The position numbers and the translations under genes were made by a program. The notes beneath the pieces were generated by a model. It made no database searches and had not been told where the DNA came from. It saw only the letters and a program-made list of their open reading frames with translations. From Antedon mediterranea (taxonomy: Eukaryota; Animalia; Echinodermata), in assembly GCF_964355755.1 (NCBI RefSeq), contig NC_092676.1, forward strand, positions 14,836,871-14,900,870: a stretch of 64,000 bases of DNA, written 5' to 3'. This document shows, piece after piece, positions 50,916-62,958 of the stretch; the stretch's first letter is position 1, and every line of letters starts with the position of its first letter.

Positions 50916-51631
50916 TTTTTAGTCGCGTGGAAGCGACTCTATAGTTCACTATGTCGGTCGGTCTGTCGGTCTGTCGGTCCGGTATCACTATGCGTTTTAT
51001 CGCTTTCTGACCTTATCTTGATATCAGTTTAATCTAGCTAAGTCAATTTTTCACAGTATATTCCTTATGACCAGGAATCGATGTGGTTATGTTTTCACGG
51101 TGCGCAATAAAAAATTACGCGGTCTACGGACGATTTAACGAAATCACGTTTGTAATCATATCTTCACAACCATGAATCACAATTAAATAAAATTTGGTAC
51201 TCATAAATTTCAGGGCATAAATCATCATATGGCAATACAATTACGTGCGTAGCGCATGTAATGCATGCGTACGCGCGCTTAAAATTTTCAAAATTTATTT
51301 TCGATGAAATAAGAGTACGTTTCAGGCAATTTTAAGCGTTTACAAAATTGCCATGAGTGCGCAGATTTTTGCGCGCGCACTGCACGTTAAATGTTATTGC
51401 GCACTCTTTTTGCCCGATTTCTGTTTTCTTGACTTACTTTTCAACTCGAAATTTCGTTATACGAGCACGTCAAAAGTGACAGGCTACGCACGTGTAAATT
51501 AAAAAAATATAACTGTTTTTAAACATTTCAACATTTTTAAACATGTTCAGTAATTTCGGTCAGTTGGTAGGTTGGTCGGTCGGTCGGTAAACACTAAGCA
51601 CGCGACTGCAGCCATCTATATGGCCTTGTTT
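50916..51631 (+). mobile_element. Helentron-associated (HINE/DINE-1-like) element, complete
   Basis: T-run, subTIR agtcgcgtg...cacgcgact, 5' inverted repeat, GTC(T/G) microsatellite, 3' hairpin gccat-ctat-atggc, T-run. Confidence 0.85.
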
Positions 51632-52837
51632 AGATACAATGCAAGTCAAAGTCAAAAGTCAATAGTGCAGAAAAATAGCATTTCCTATTACATTTCGTCA
51701 AAATGTTCCATTACAATGAATATAAATATATACGCTCCGAGTATTTTGATACCAATATCTTGTTGATACACCAAAGGGATACGGGCCAATTGGGCGCCAT
51801 TTGGTTACCAAGCATTTTTGGTATCCTAGCACCCTATTAAAGAAGTGAAATCTCACTTTGGGCATTAAAATCCTAGGGAAATACACGAGGACCCTGACCA
51901 TAAAATGCATACATATATACGATTTTAATTGCGGCCATCTTGGAATTCAATATGGCTGCCATATGCTATAGCATTATTATAAATTGTACCATTGGACTGA
52001 TTTATCATAATATTGTAAGATTTATCACACAAACTACGTTCGTCGTACGTGATTTAAAATAGGAGCTACTACTATCTGTTTTGAGTAAAAAATGGGGGTA
52101 ATTTTGAAATCCAAGATGGCGGCCAAAAATAGGGTCGGGAAAAATTTACCCCCAGCTGCAATTAATTCTGCTAGTTCTATGGATTCCAAAACTGCCAAAA
52201 ACTCAACTTGAGCATTAAAATCTTACGGAACTGATTTTTGGAACATTGGTTCCCCATTATAACTTAATTGCATTTGCATACATATACTACATATACATAT
52301 CTTACTCAGGTCCAAGATTAAGAATTTTGCCTTATGATTTATAGCCTTCTTGTATTTTTAATGTAGGTTAATCACCAAAATGTTCAGGGGACAATTTAAT
52401 ATATCTTTAATTATATATCTTTATTATCTTTATTTACCATAGATGGTTTACCATTGTAAAATTACTTAGAACAATGAATTGTTAATTGCAGAATTTGATT
52501 TTTTGTTGTGTGGTTACCGCTGCGTCGGTCCTGTTTTTGGTGTACCATAAAATATGAAATAAATGAAAAAAAAAGATTTTGAAAATATAACACTCCAATA
52601 AACTACAGAATCAGAAAAAACAAGTTCGGAAACTATTGGGTCAATCCACACTGATTGCCTGGTGGTGGTGGAGGACTGGACTAGAGAGAGAGAGAGAGGG
52701 GGTTGTTTGTTGTGCGCGTCCAGTGGTCACGTGTGTGAGTCATTACGTAAAATAATTAAATTCTTTGCCGCCATACTCTAGGCCTAGCCTACTTCTACTC
52801 TCTCTCTCGCACAGCAGATAGTGAGTGTGTTTTCACA

Positions 52838-52874
52838 ATGGCGGCTGCAGATAGATCAATGAGATCCGTATTTG
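52838..52874 (+). CDS. CSTF2: Cleavage stimulation factor 64 kDa subunit, exon 1
   Basis: acaATGG start; MAAADRSMRSVF then phase-1 GT donor; joins VGNIPY of the RRM. Confidence 0.9.
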
Positions 52875-52985
52875 GTAAATATTATCCCCTTATACTATTA
52901 GGCCTAGTAGGCTAGCTAGTGAATAGGCTAGGCCTCTAGCTAGGGTAGTTAGTAGTCACCAGCGTGCAGGAGGCCGCGCCTAGGC

Positions 52986-55297
52986 GGTATCGGATCATCT
53001 CGGTCGCGTTTCATTTCGGTCGCGCTTCCGGTAAATCGAACTTCCGGCGATTTCTATGGAACGCCGCTCAATGCAGTACTGTACACACTGTAAGCTCTAA
53101 TTAAAGATCGAAGTGTAGTCTCTATTATTGTTTAGGTGTTTATTTAAAAATGATTTTATATAATAATCATTATATTTAAATAAATATTGTAAAAACAGTA
53201 TTTTATTAATATTAGTTTAACTTTTTTTTAAATGTTTTTATAAGCATTATATTTTGATATATTTTGTAAATATTCTATTTGTTTCTGACGGGAAAAATAA
53301 CATACAAACTCACTTTACACTTTTGTCAATGATCATTCAATCTTTTTATTTTTAAAACAAAAACATATACACAAATATTTACATATATTTAAAAACAAAA
53401 CATAGATACGTTAATGTAATTCAAAAAACAAACTCGTTTCACACTGTTTTTCAATTCAATCCTTTCATTTTTAAAACAAAAACGCATATACAAATGTTTA
53501 CATTCATCATTCAAATTGAAACCTTTTTATTTACATCTACAAACGTTATTTAATTTATCTATTTATTAAATCTTTTATTTATTAGCAATATTTACATCTA
53601 TCTCATCTACAAATCGCGAACATCATTTGATATAAGGAGCGATCTCTCTGATCGTTGGCCTGCGCGATACTCGTCCCAGAGGCGTAAGAGCGTTCTAGTT
53701 GCACGTCGGTAAGCTTGTCGCTGAAGCCGGTCAACATCTTCGCGATGAACTAATTCCATTGTGATGTGAACATTCTGACTCTCTTCATGCAGCACCCCGA
53801 TTAAGAGGTAGAGTTGAAGTTGAAGTCCTTTTCGATTCAGTCTGTTGTGATACGGGTGTCTCGAAAACAGAGACCTCGAAAACAGAGACCAGAGACCCGA
53901 GACCCAGGGTCTCTGTTTTCGAGAAAATCTCGAAAACAGAGACCCCCACTAAAACGTCTCAATATTACGTAATATAGGGGGTCTCTGTTTTCGAGATTTT
54001 CTCGAAAACAGAGACCCCCACTAAAACGTCTTTAGTGGGTGTCTCTGTTAAACAGAGACCCCCTATATAACGTATTATTTAGACGTTTTAGTGGGGGTGG
54101 AGTCCCCACTAAAACGTCTCAAGAATGACGTATCAGTAATAAACGGTAACTGATATGCCGATCAAAGAACATGCCGCAACGATAAGAAGAGATTGATGAA
54201 TTCTTGAACACGTGTAAAAAGACTGTCATTTTGGAATACAAGGTCGACGTCCTAGAAGTAAGATGTATAAATGCATGCTGTGCCTTTTAGAAGCTAAAAA
54301 GCGGGAGATTATTTAAAAAGCTGACACTAGTTTCGTAACATTTATTTACAAGCATAAAAGATAATAACGTACAATGCAATAACAAAATGATATGAGGTCA
54401 GACTTTGAGGCAGACTGGAGGATGAAGACAAATATATTGTGTTGGGCGAGCCTTAAAAAAGAAATGAATTAAAAAAAAAAAAAAATTGATAAATAAATAA
54501 ACATAAATTCACGGTTTTTGCGATAAAAGTTGGGTGTTAATAATTTATGACCTTAAACAGGGATTATATTAGGGGGTCTCGGGAAATCTCGAAAAAAGAG
54601 ACCCCCAATATAATGAGACGTTTTAGTGGGGGTCTCTGTTTTCGAGAAAAACTCAAACAGAGACCCCCTATATTACGTAATATTGAGACGTTTTAGTGGG
54701 GGTCTCTGTTTTCGAGATTGTCTCGAAAACAGAGACCCTGGGTCTCGGGTCTCTGTTTTCGAGGTCTCTGTTTTCGAGACACCTGTTGTGATACCCCTCA
54801 AGGTCGCTGTTGGTCCTCGTTGTCAACAGACAATGGTTTCATTCTAATTCAATAGCACGAGACATAATGCGACACGTCAATGCATTATGCTTTAAAAAAA
54901 TGTTACATTACATACAGTACACAATCGTAATAATATCTTCAGTGCAATATAGTGTATAAAAAAGCTCAGTAAAGTCTCTCACTGATTTTAACTGGCACCA
55001 AACAAATATTCCCAATTTACTCATTCATAATTATTAACATATTGGAGTTGTCTTCCTAAGCTACTTGTTGTGTCCTTAAAATATAGATAAAAAACAGGTT
55101 TATAAATTCGAACTGCTACACGTACCGAGTGCTGAAAGAGAGTTAAATCGGACAGTTAAGTCTCAATCCTACAATAGCATCCATTTTCGTATGCTTTATG
55201 CATAATTGACGCGCCATACACCACGATTGATATTGTTGAAAATTGACCTTAATTGACACGCGACCGAAATGAAACGCGACCGAGATGATCGTAATTC
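52986..55297 (-). mobile_element. MULE transposon remnant in CSTF2 intron 1
   Basis: TIR gatcatctcggtcgcgtttcatttcggtcgcg; 8-9-bp TSD (C)GCCTAGGC; reconstructed [16 protein letters not shown] transposase motif. Confidence 0.8.
53853..54785. mobile_element. Foldback TIR element nested in the MULE
   Basis: Long TIRs of tctcgaaaacagagacc repeats; TTGTGATA duplicated on both flanks. Confidence 0.85.
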
Positions 55298-55640
55298 GCC
55301 TAGGCTAGTCTAGTAGGTCTTTTTTTGGCAAATGCTGGACAACCCGTACCCATCCACCATGCCAACTACAGTACAACTAGCCTAAGCCTAACTAGGGCTA
55401 GGCCTAGGCTACTTTCTAGGCATGGGGCCTAAAGCTTAGTTCAGTACCCAACTTGGCTAACTCTTACCCCAAATAATTGGTCAACTCATACCTAAGTATT
55501 TGGCTTACTCATCTCATACATTAACATACCAAATATTGTTATTAGCTTTTAACTTGTACCCATTATTTGGTTTACTTACTGTACTTGTTCATACCCATGG
55601 GCCATTGTTTGCTTATTGGGAAGTACAGTATACATATATA

Positions 55641-56088
55641 TGTTATGCGCGATTTGAACTATTTGCGCAATTTGAAATTGCGCAAATAATTCCTTGCGCA
55701 ATTTGAAATTGCGCAAAGAATTCTTGCGCAATTTGAAATTGCGCACGGACTTTCTTGCACAATATTAAATTCCATTGTAGGCCTTATCACATTTGTGGGC
55801 ACTGTTTTCACATTTGTGGGCACTGTTTTCAAATTTGTGGTGATGTACTGTATTTTCACATTTGGTGTTTTCACATTTGTGGGTGATGTTTTTTCACATT
55901 TGATGTTTTCACATTTGTGGATGATGTGTTTTCACATTTGGTGTTTTCACATTTGTGGGTGATGTGTTTTCACATTTGTAGGTGATGTGTTTCCACATTT
56001 GTAGTTGTTTTCAAATTTGTGGATGATCATTTTTACATTTGTAGTTGTTTTCACATTTGTAGACGTTTTTACATTTGTGGGTTTAACA
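55641..56088. mobile_element. Ginger-like composite remnant
   Basis: Right part matches the right arm of 7441-8444; left part starts TGTT with ttgcgcaatttgaaa repeats; no TSD. Confidence 0.6.
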
Positions 56089-56310
56089 GTTGCCTGCCTT
56101 ATAATATTATACTGCATTATACTGTACAGTATGTATGATATTGATATTGATATTTGTTACTCACAAATGTAATTAATGTACAGTAAATTAGGACGTCTGA
56201 CAAAGAAGGCACTTAAGTGAGGCCTTGTGAAGATATACAGTATGTATAAAATTGTGTATTACAGGATAATACTATGCTACAGCCTACTGAGATATTGTGT
56301 TTTTTTTTAG

Positions 56311-56553
56311 TTGGAAATATTCCTTATGAGGCAACAGAAGATAAACTGAAAGATATCTTTTCTGAGGTTGGACCAGTCTTAAGTTTTCGTTTAGTATTTG
56401 ATAGGGAAACTGGCAAACCAAAAGGCTATGGGTTTTGTGAGTACCAAGACAAAGAAACTGCCCTCAGTGCTATGCGCAACTTGAATGGCTATGAATTAAA
56501 TGGGCGACAACTGCGTGTTGATAATGCTGCAAGTGAAAAGAATAAAGAAATGG
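56311..56553 (+). CDS. CSTF2: CSTF2 exon 2 (RRM)
   Basis: [45 protein letters not shown]...[14 protein letters not shown]; AG/GT flanks. Confidence 0.97.
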
Positions 56554-57154
56554 GTAAGTATATTTTCTCCCAACACGTAAACAAGATACAGTACGTCTAC
56601 TGTATATGAGAATGTTGTAATTAATCTAAATTTATTTTTTTTATTTATTTTTAATTAGTTAATGTTACAATTTGTTTGTGTTATAGATATTGTACGGGTC
56701 AAGTAGTATGTATTTTCATACAGTAATAACAGTACAGTATATGAATAAATAAATTTTAAAACCTAGATGGATTTTGAGAGGAAAGATTTTGTGTCTATCT
56801 AAAAAATAATAAATTACTTTAAATTAATAAAGATAATAAATTTAAATTCTATATCATCAGTGTTATAGAAATAGTTGTGCATGATTACAGTAGATGTCAT
56901 CTCAGTGAAGGTTTATATTGATTGATGCAGAAATACTGTACAGTAGGAGGCGCAACTTGAGCCAGTTTGCTTTAGACTCAGAGGCAGTGACAATGTTAAC
57001 CCAAAACTATTCATTAGCTATAATATTAGGACATAATGCCACCTGATATTTGGTGCAACCAAGATAGTTTGAAAATCATTTTATGTCAGTCAAGTAGGCA
57101 AATACATTTTCCATTGTAATTAATAGCATTCATTGCTTATTGTTTTGTCTTCAG

Positions 57155-57183
57155 ATTCAGGAACAGTCACTGTTTTACCCGAG
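57155..57183 (+). CDS. CSTF2: CSTF2 exon 3 (29-nt microexon)
   Basis: ttgtcttcag|(D)SGTVTVLPE|gtacag; converts phase 1 to the phase 0 needed by the next exon. Confidence 0.7.
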
Positions 57184-57287
57184 GTACAGTATACACTCTC
57201 TTTGATACATTTTTATTGTCTTCACATTATGCTGTTTACCGGCCATACTGTATTTAAGGTCCTAAATGTACACAGCAACCAGTATAA

Positions 57288-57532
57288 TCTAATATATAAA
57301 TTTACGTAAGGGCAAAATTTGGTAAATCGCGCATTATTTCTAGAATGTTTACTCGATGGTATATAAAGTTGGTTAGAATCTTGGCACAGTACTGATTTTA
57401 ACCACCTGATGTAACCCTGTTTACTAATTAAATTTAGTTATAATTAGTAATTGTTGACAATTAAAACGAATTTAGAATCAACGATTTGCCCTAAATAGGG
57501 GTGTTTTCCGATCGTGGTATACACTCTAATGG
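57288..57532 (+). mobile_element. Helitron 5'-end fragment
   Basis: Reverse complement of 29540-29780. Confidence 0.75.
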
Positions 57533-57802
57533 TTACTCTTAATTCTGAGTAACAATTTCCAGAATGGTATATTAATTATTATTAAAATTCAAAAATTATT
57601 TGGAGGTTCAATTTACTGTAGTATGGAAAATATCATTTAATACAGTGATTACAATGATTCTTGTAGCAACAAAACTTCAGTAGCACATTTTAACTTTGAC
57701 ACTGAATCAAAGTCTGAAAGAAGTCATAATTATTGTCTATTTGTATGTTTTAAAAAACGTTCTACTAATTTTAACACAATTTTTAAAACAATTGTATTAT
57801 AG

Positions 57803-57910
57803 TCACCATTTGCAGAGGCAGTTACACCAGCTGAGGCACCAGAAGCTATTTCCAAAGCGGTCGAAAGCCTTCCTCCAGAACAGATGTTTGAGTTGATGAA
57901 ACAAATGAAA
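57803..57910 (+). CDS. CSTF2: CSTF2 exon 4 (hinge domain)
   Basis: SPFAEAVTPAEAPEAISKAVESLPPEQMFELMKQMK. Confidence 0.93.
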
Positions 57911-58200
57911 GTATGTCACGTCAATCATTATGATCATTATTGTTATACTTAATTTCCATTCATTCCTAACCTTCAATTTAAATTATTAATTTTTTCCCCT
58001 ATGCCGCAAACAAAACTATTTTGGAAACCGTAAGCAAAAAATAGTGTTTTCAACTTGATTGATTGTGCTTCAATAGTACTGAATAGTAATTGTAATTTCA
58101 TAATTAACAACAGTGGTTTGAAAAATTAAAATCTGCACACTAAGTATTTAGGGTTCAATTATAAAGCAAAAGTTTAAAATCTGTTTTACATTATTTTTAT

Positions 58201-59640
58201 TTAAGGTGTACTACAGTACAGCTACAGTATTAATTACTGCTTCGTTGGACATTGTTTTTTTATCGCGATCCCATGCTCCCACGGGAAGGTATTGTTTTTT
58301 GTTACGAGAGGTTTGCTATGCCTCCGATGGAAGGGTGTCAAATATACTGTACACCATTTTTACCAGCTATCAAAAGAGAACAATATAATAACCCACCTTA
58401 GATCGACGAATTCTACCCCTACAACTACGCCTGATTCTAGCCACAGGCCTTGGCTAGGCTCGGAGCCTAGTGATTTTTGATATAAAATATTAATAAAAAT
58501 GCTTCGTTTCCATTTAGTTGTACAGGAGTTTCTCTTGAAAACTTAATTTTAAATCAATATATTCCATGTTAAAATATCAAAAAATAATACTACAATGTTG
58601 CGTAAAATGTAATTCTAAATATGGTCATTATAACAAATTGGCCAATACCGCTAAAATAATAGAATTCATTCGTTGAATGAAATCTATTATATTAACACCT
58701 TTAATAATGAATGAATTTAATATATTATAAAAAAACAAATAAATTTTACTGTTTTAATGTGAATTAAATGCTAGGCCTAGTTTTTATTCAATCTGATTCA
58801 AATGACAGGAATCTATTTAGATGTTATATAAAATAAATAATTTATGTTTTTATATTCGTATAATGGTACAAATAATGGCATTCAAAACAAAGCTGAGTTG
58901 AAATATAACCTTTCATCGTTCACCTCATGTCATTATTTGTACATTACACTCATCATAAACATTCATTATTTGTATAATGACCATAACCGACTGGGAGCGA
59001 AAAAACATGTGGAACATCGGTGGTCGACCGAATTTCATTCTCATGTGATGTGATGAAAAAAAAGTTGGCCCACTTCACTGAGGATTACCGGCCGCATGTG
59101 TGATATAAGCCTTGGGGAAATTTCTATTTTGTTAATAATATGTAGACTATTTAAAACATAGTGATATGATGTTTAATTTGATTAATTCACAATGTGGCCA
59201 TATAATATTTTCATTGCATTTAAGATTCTGACATATTTCAGGTTTAATTTACTGTAGACCTACTATCTAGTACTACTGCATTGTGCTAGATAGGTACTAT
59301 ACGAACTCAATGGCATAGGCTATGTGGTATTTTGTTTGTTTTTTTTTAATATTAGTCGCTGAACTCTTAGGTCTAGCTAGCTAGGCTAAATAAAAATAGC
59401 GGGCATAACTGCTGTATTTTTTCAATTATTGTTGCCCTTATTTTATTGATAACAATGTTGTTTATAACACATTACAATAGACACATGGCAAAACAATGCC
59501 TTTCGTATGATCGCGATCAAAAAACAATGCAGTTTATAGAATTGGGATCAAAAACAATACCTCATAGCCACAAAGTAGCCACAAAGCTAAAACGTGGGTG
59601 ACGTTGCTGTCATTTTTAGCTGTCTGTATTGTGTTTCAAT
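58201..59640. mobile_element. Degenerate TIR element in CSTF2 intron 4
   Basis: cattgtttttt-atcgcgatc and aggtattgttttt mirrored at 59509-59562; ends uncertain. Confidence 0.45.
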
Positions 59641-59690
59641 ATTGTGTTTTAACAAGTTCTAAATGCATACAATTTTCTTGATGGTTTTAG

Positions 59691-59810
59691 ATGGTGATCC
59701 AAAATAATCCAGTAGAAGCACGTAACATGCTTCTTCAGAATCCTCAGTTGGCATATGCTTTACTTCAGGCTCAAGTTGTGATGCGTATTGTAAATCCTGA
59801 GATTGCTATG
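59691..59810 (+). CDS. CSTF2: CSTF2 exon 5 (hinge domain)
   Basis: MVIQNNPVEARNMLLQNPQLAYALLQAQVVMRIVNPEIAM. Confidence 0.95.
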
Positions 59811-60702
59811 GTAGGTACTGGAAGCACTAATGTTGTAATGTAATCAGCCCCTTAACCATTGACATGTTTGCATAGCAATTTTGTGTATCTACCATTGTCA
59901 GACATGCCAACCAACTATAACTAATTTAGTCACTCAAATCTTTGTTCTCAAAACATTTTCACTGTCACTTTTGCCGTGGTTATAAAATGTGGTGAAAAGT
60001 GAATAAAATATGATGAAATTACTAAAGAAAGGTTGTAAACAGAAATTGTGCAAAAATCTGCGCACTCATGGCAATTTTTTTAATTATGCGACCTGAAATT
60101 TATGAGTACCAAATTTGGTATCCCATTTTCCACTTTGTCTGGGAAAAAATTGGAAACAAATGTTTCTCAACTGATTTGTGTCATATGGGGGTATATATCC
60201 ACCAAAAAATGTTCCAGTTCATCTTGCCTGGGGAAAGCCGCCGTTTTGGATTTTCAAAATGGGCGCCATAAAACAAAGGTTTTGCTCATATCTCCTCTTC
60301 TACATCATGTATGGACATAATTTTTGTGGCAAAGTGTATGTTTTGAGGGTCAAGGAATCTAAATACAGTTCAAATGAATGAAGTTCTCTCAATGGCTGCC
60401 ATCTTGTTTTTCAAAATGGCCGCCTTCAAAGACAGATCTATGCTCATCTTGGCTTCTACAGCATGTAGATTTTGATGGCAAAATGTAGATTTTGATGGCA
60501 AAATGTAGATTTTGACGGTCAAGGAATCAAAATACAGCATTAATTTGAAGTTAACTGCCATAAAATTTACATATTTTTCCTCATACCTCCTATATCGTGT
60601 ATGAAAGTTATTTTGGTGGCAAAGTGTATGTTTTAAGGATCAAGAAATCTAAGTACAGCTTTTAGAAGTTCTCTCAATGACCACCATTTTGATTGCTACA
60701 GG

Positions 60703-60806
60703 TTTTTAGTTGCGTGCAACGCGACTCTACAGCTTAATATGTCGGGTCGGTCGGTTGCTAAACACTAACTTGAACACGCGACTACAGCCATGCATATGGT
60801 CTTGTT
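60703..60806 (+). mobile_element. Minimal ~100-bp HINE-like element
   Basis: Both subTIRs, short GTCG repeat and 3' hairpin with no body. Confidence 0.7.
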
Positions 60807-60910
60807 AAACACACAATACAGTCAAATAAACCACGGTAATCACATACTGTAACATCCTAATAATGGTTTAGTATTTAACATAACATAATTATTTTTTATT
60901 TTTGTTTTAG

Positions 60911-60983
60911 ACATTACTTCATAAACAGAATGAATCTACAGTCCCATTGCAACCTCCTGTCCTTTCTGGCAATCCACAACGAG
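60911..60983 (+). CDS. CSTF2: CSTF2 exon 6
   Basis: TLLHKQNESTVPLQPPVLSGNPQR; strong acceptor, gtatgt donor, phase 0-1. Confidence 0.85.
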
Positions 60984-61275
60984 GTATGTCTTTTTTTAAT
61001 TCAATTGATTCCATTTTTTTCCCACGCATATATATAGAGGATGCATATTTTAAAATCTGCTACGCTTAGTCAACTATGTATTCATAGTTAACTCTATTTA
61101 TTATGGTTAGATGTCTTCAATAAGTCAGGATTGAAGATAATTATAGTTTCACATGTGCTTTTTTTCTCTGAGAAATATTTTTTATAAGTGCAAAAAAAAA
61201 GTTTTTTTTTTGCTCGATATGTGAAATGCCACTGTCTAAAAGCTATCAATTAAAAAATTATTTTTTTATGTTCAG

Positions 61276-61452
61276 CAGGCAGTGGTCCCTTGCCAGTTGG
61301 TGTTGCCCAAGGTGGACCTAGGATAGGTATACCAATGTCTGTTTCCTCAATACAAAACCAAATGCAAAGTCAACTTCAGATGACACGGGCAAGTTTACTA
61401 GGAGATGGTCCCAGAGGTGCACAGGGACCAGAAAGGACATCAGATAGAGGAG
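61276..61452 (+). CDS. CSTF2: CSTF2 exon 7 (Pro/Gly-rich)
   Basis: GSGPLPVGVAQGGPR...ASLLGDGPRG...; LLGD motif; CAGCAG tandem acceptor; phase 1-1. Confidence 0.82.
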
Positions 61453-61488
61453 GTTAACCTTTTATTATTTATGAGTTTGTAGTAGACC

Positions 61489-61646
61489 ACAAGCATGAAG
61501 GATAACCTTCAGAGCTATGTCTTGTCCTACAAGTATGAAGGATAACCTTCAGAGCTATGTCTTGTCCTACAAGTATGAAGGATAACCTTCAGAGCTATGT
61601 CTTGTCCTACAAGTATGAAGGATAACCTTCAGAGCTATGTCTTGTC
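61489..61646. repeat. 40-bp minisatellite, ~4 copies, CSTF2 intron 7
   Basis: tgaaggataaccttcagagctatgtcttgtcctacaagta. Confidence 0.95.
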
Positions 61647-61881
61647 ATAAACAAAATATCAGCTTTTACAGATCAATATAATAATTCATATAATATTACA
61701 TTATTCATTAGATTAACTTTCTTCTATAAAAATTGTATATTTAAAGGTAAGTTTTTGGTGTAAAATGTTTCGTTAATCTTTAAAAGTTATTTTACAAACT
61801 GAAATTTTTTTTTTATGGATTTGTTTTTATACCAATTGGCTATCATTTAAAATTACTTTTCTACATTGTAACTATTTCTAG

Positions 61882-62234
61882 GTATGATGGATCGAGGCAT
61901 GGAATCAAGGGATATTGAGCCAAGAGGTATGGAACCTCCGCGAGGTATGGATCTTCAAAGAGGTATGGATCTTCAAAGAGGAATGGATCCTCAAAGAGGA
62001 ATGGATCCTCAAAGAGGAATGGATCCTCAAAGAGGAATGGATCCTCGTGGCATGGGGCCAAGGGTATCTGATCATCCTCATCCTCCACCAGATAATCGAT
62101 CAATCCCTGTTGATCGACGAGGACCTGGCTATGATCAAGTTTTTGAAAGGGGTCCTGCTCCACCACGAGTACATGATCCAAGAGCCTCTCATGATTTTAC
62201 ACGTCAATCAGGCTCGCAGCCGATGGCACCAGGC
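61882..62234 (+). CDS. CSTF2: CSTF2 exon 8 (RGMDPQ repeats)
   Basis: GMMDRGMESRDIEPRGMEPPRGMDLQ(RGMDxQ)n...PMAPG; phase 1-0. Confidence 0.85.
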
Positions 62235-62958
62235 GTATGTACAGTTTTTTTTTTCAAGTTAATAATTTAACTTTTATTCAACAATAACAAAATATACTGT
62301 ACATCCCAAATATCAAATATCAATAACTTTCAAATGGGCATGTTCTTTTGAAGCCTAAAGCTTTATTAAAACTTACTTATGTAAGTATTGGAAAACCATG
62401 CTGTAAATTACTCAGGTCGGAGTGGGCAGATCAGCACCCAACAGCATGGTGAGATCCCTGGGGAGAAAAATTGATTTATTACTAAAATCATACAATTTCT
62501 TAAAATAAGGTTGTGCTAATACCTTGTATACTTTCTGATAAGTCCCACTTTGGAATTTTTGCTATTTTCCCTTTGAAGACATGGCCTGTATCCCATACAA
62601 GGGTAATTTACTGTCCCTGGACGCGAGGCCTGTATACAGGTTGACTTTTTGGTCACTGACTTGCACTTTTTGAGAATTTAACCTTTGACCTAGGTCCCCA
62701 AAAAATGCAATTTTTCGAAAGGCCAAAACATTTCACATAACAATAAAACCAACAATTTACATAAAAATGTATTTTGCATTTTTCCTAAACCTATTAAAAA
62801 TACTTTATTTAGCCTCAGCCACTTGGGGTAGGAACCTAGCGTCTTCACAGGGTTAACAAATTCATTAAAGGGTGGCTGCGTGTACAAAATTACTAAAATT
62901 TAAAAAAATCAAAATTCAACACTATAATCTAGGTTTGTTTATTACACATAATAAATAG

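Noticed and set aside
34767-52837. Shared bidirectional promoter for GABBR2 and CSTF2
   Set aside because: Start codons are 18 kb apart and separated by many transposons
61861-62262. Overlapping alternative-frame and antisense ORFs over the CSTF2 repeat exon
   Set aside because: Open frames are expected from an 18-bp stop-free repeat; only the RGMDPQ frame matches splice phases
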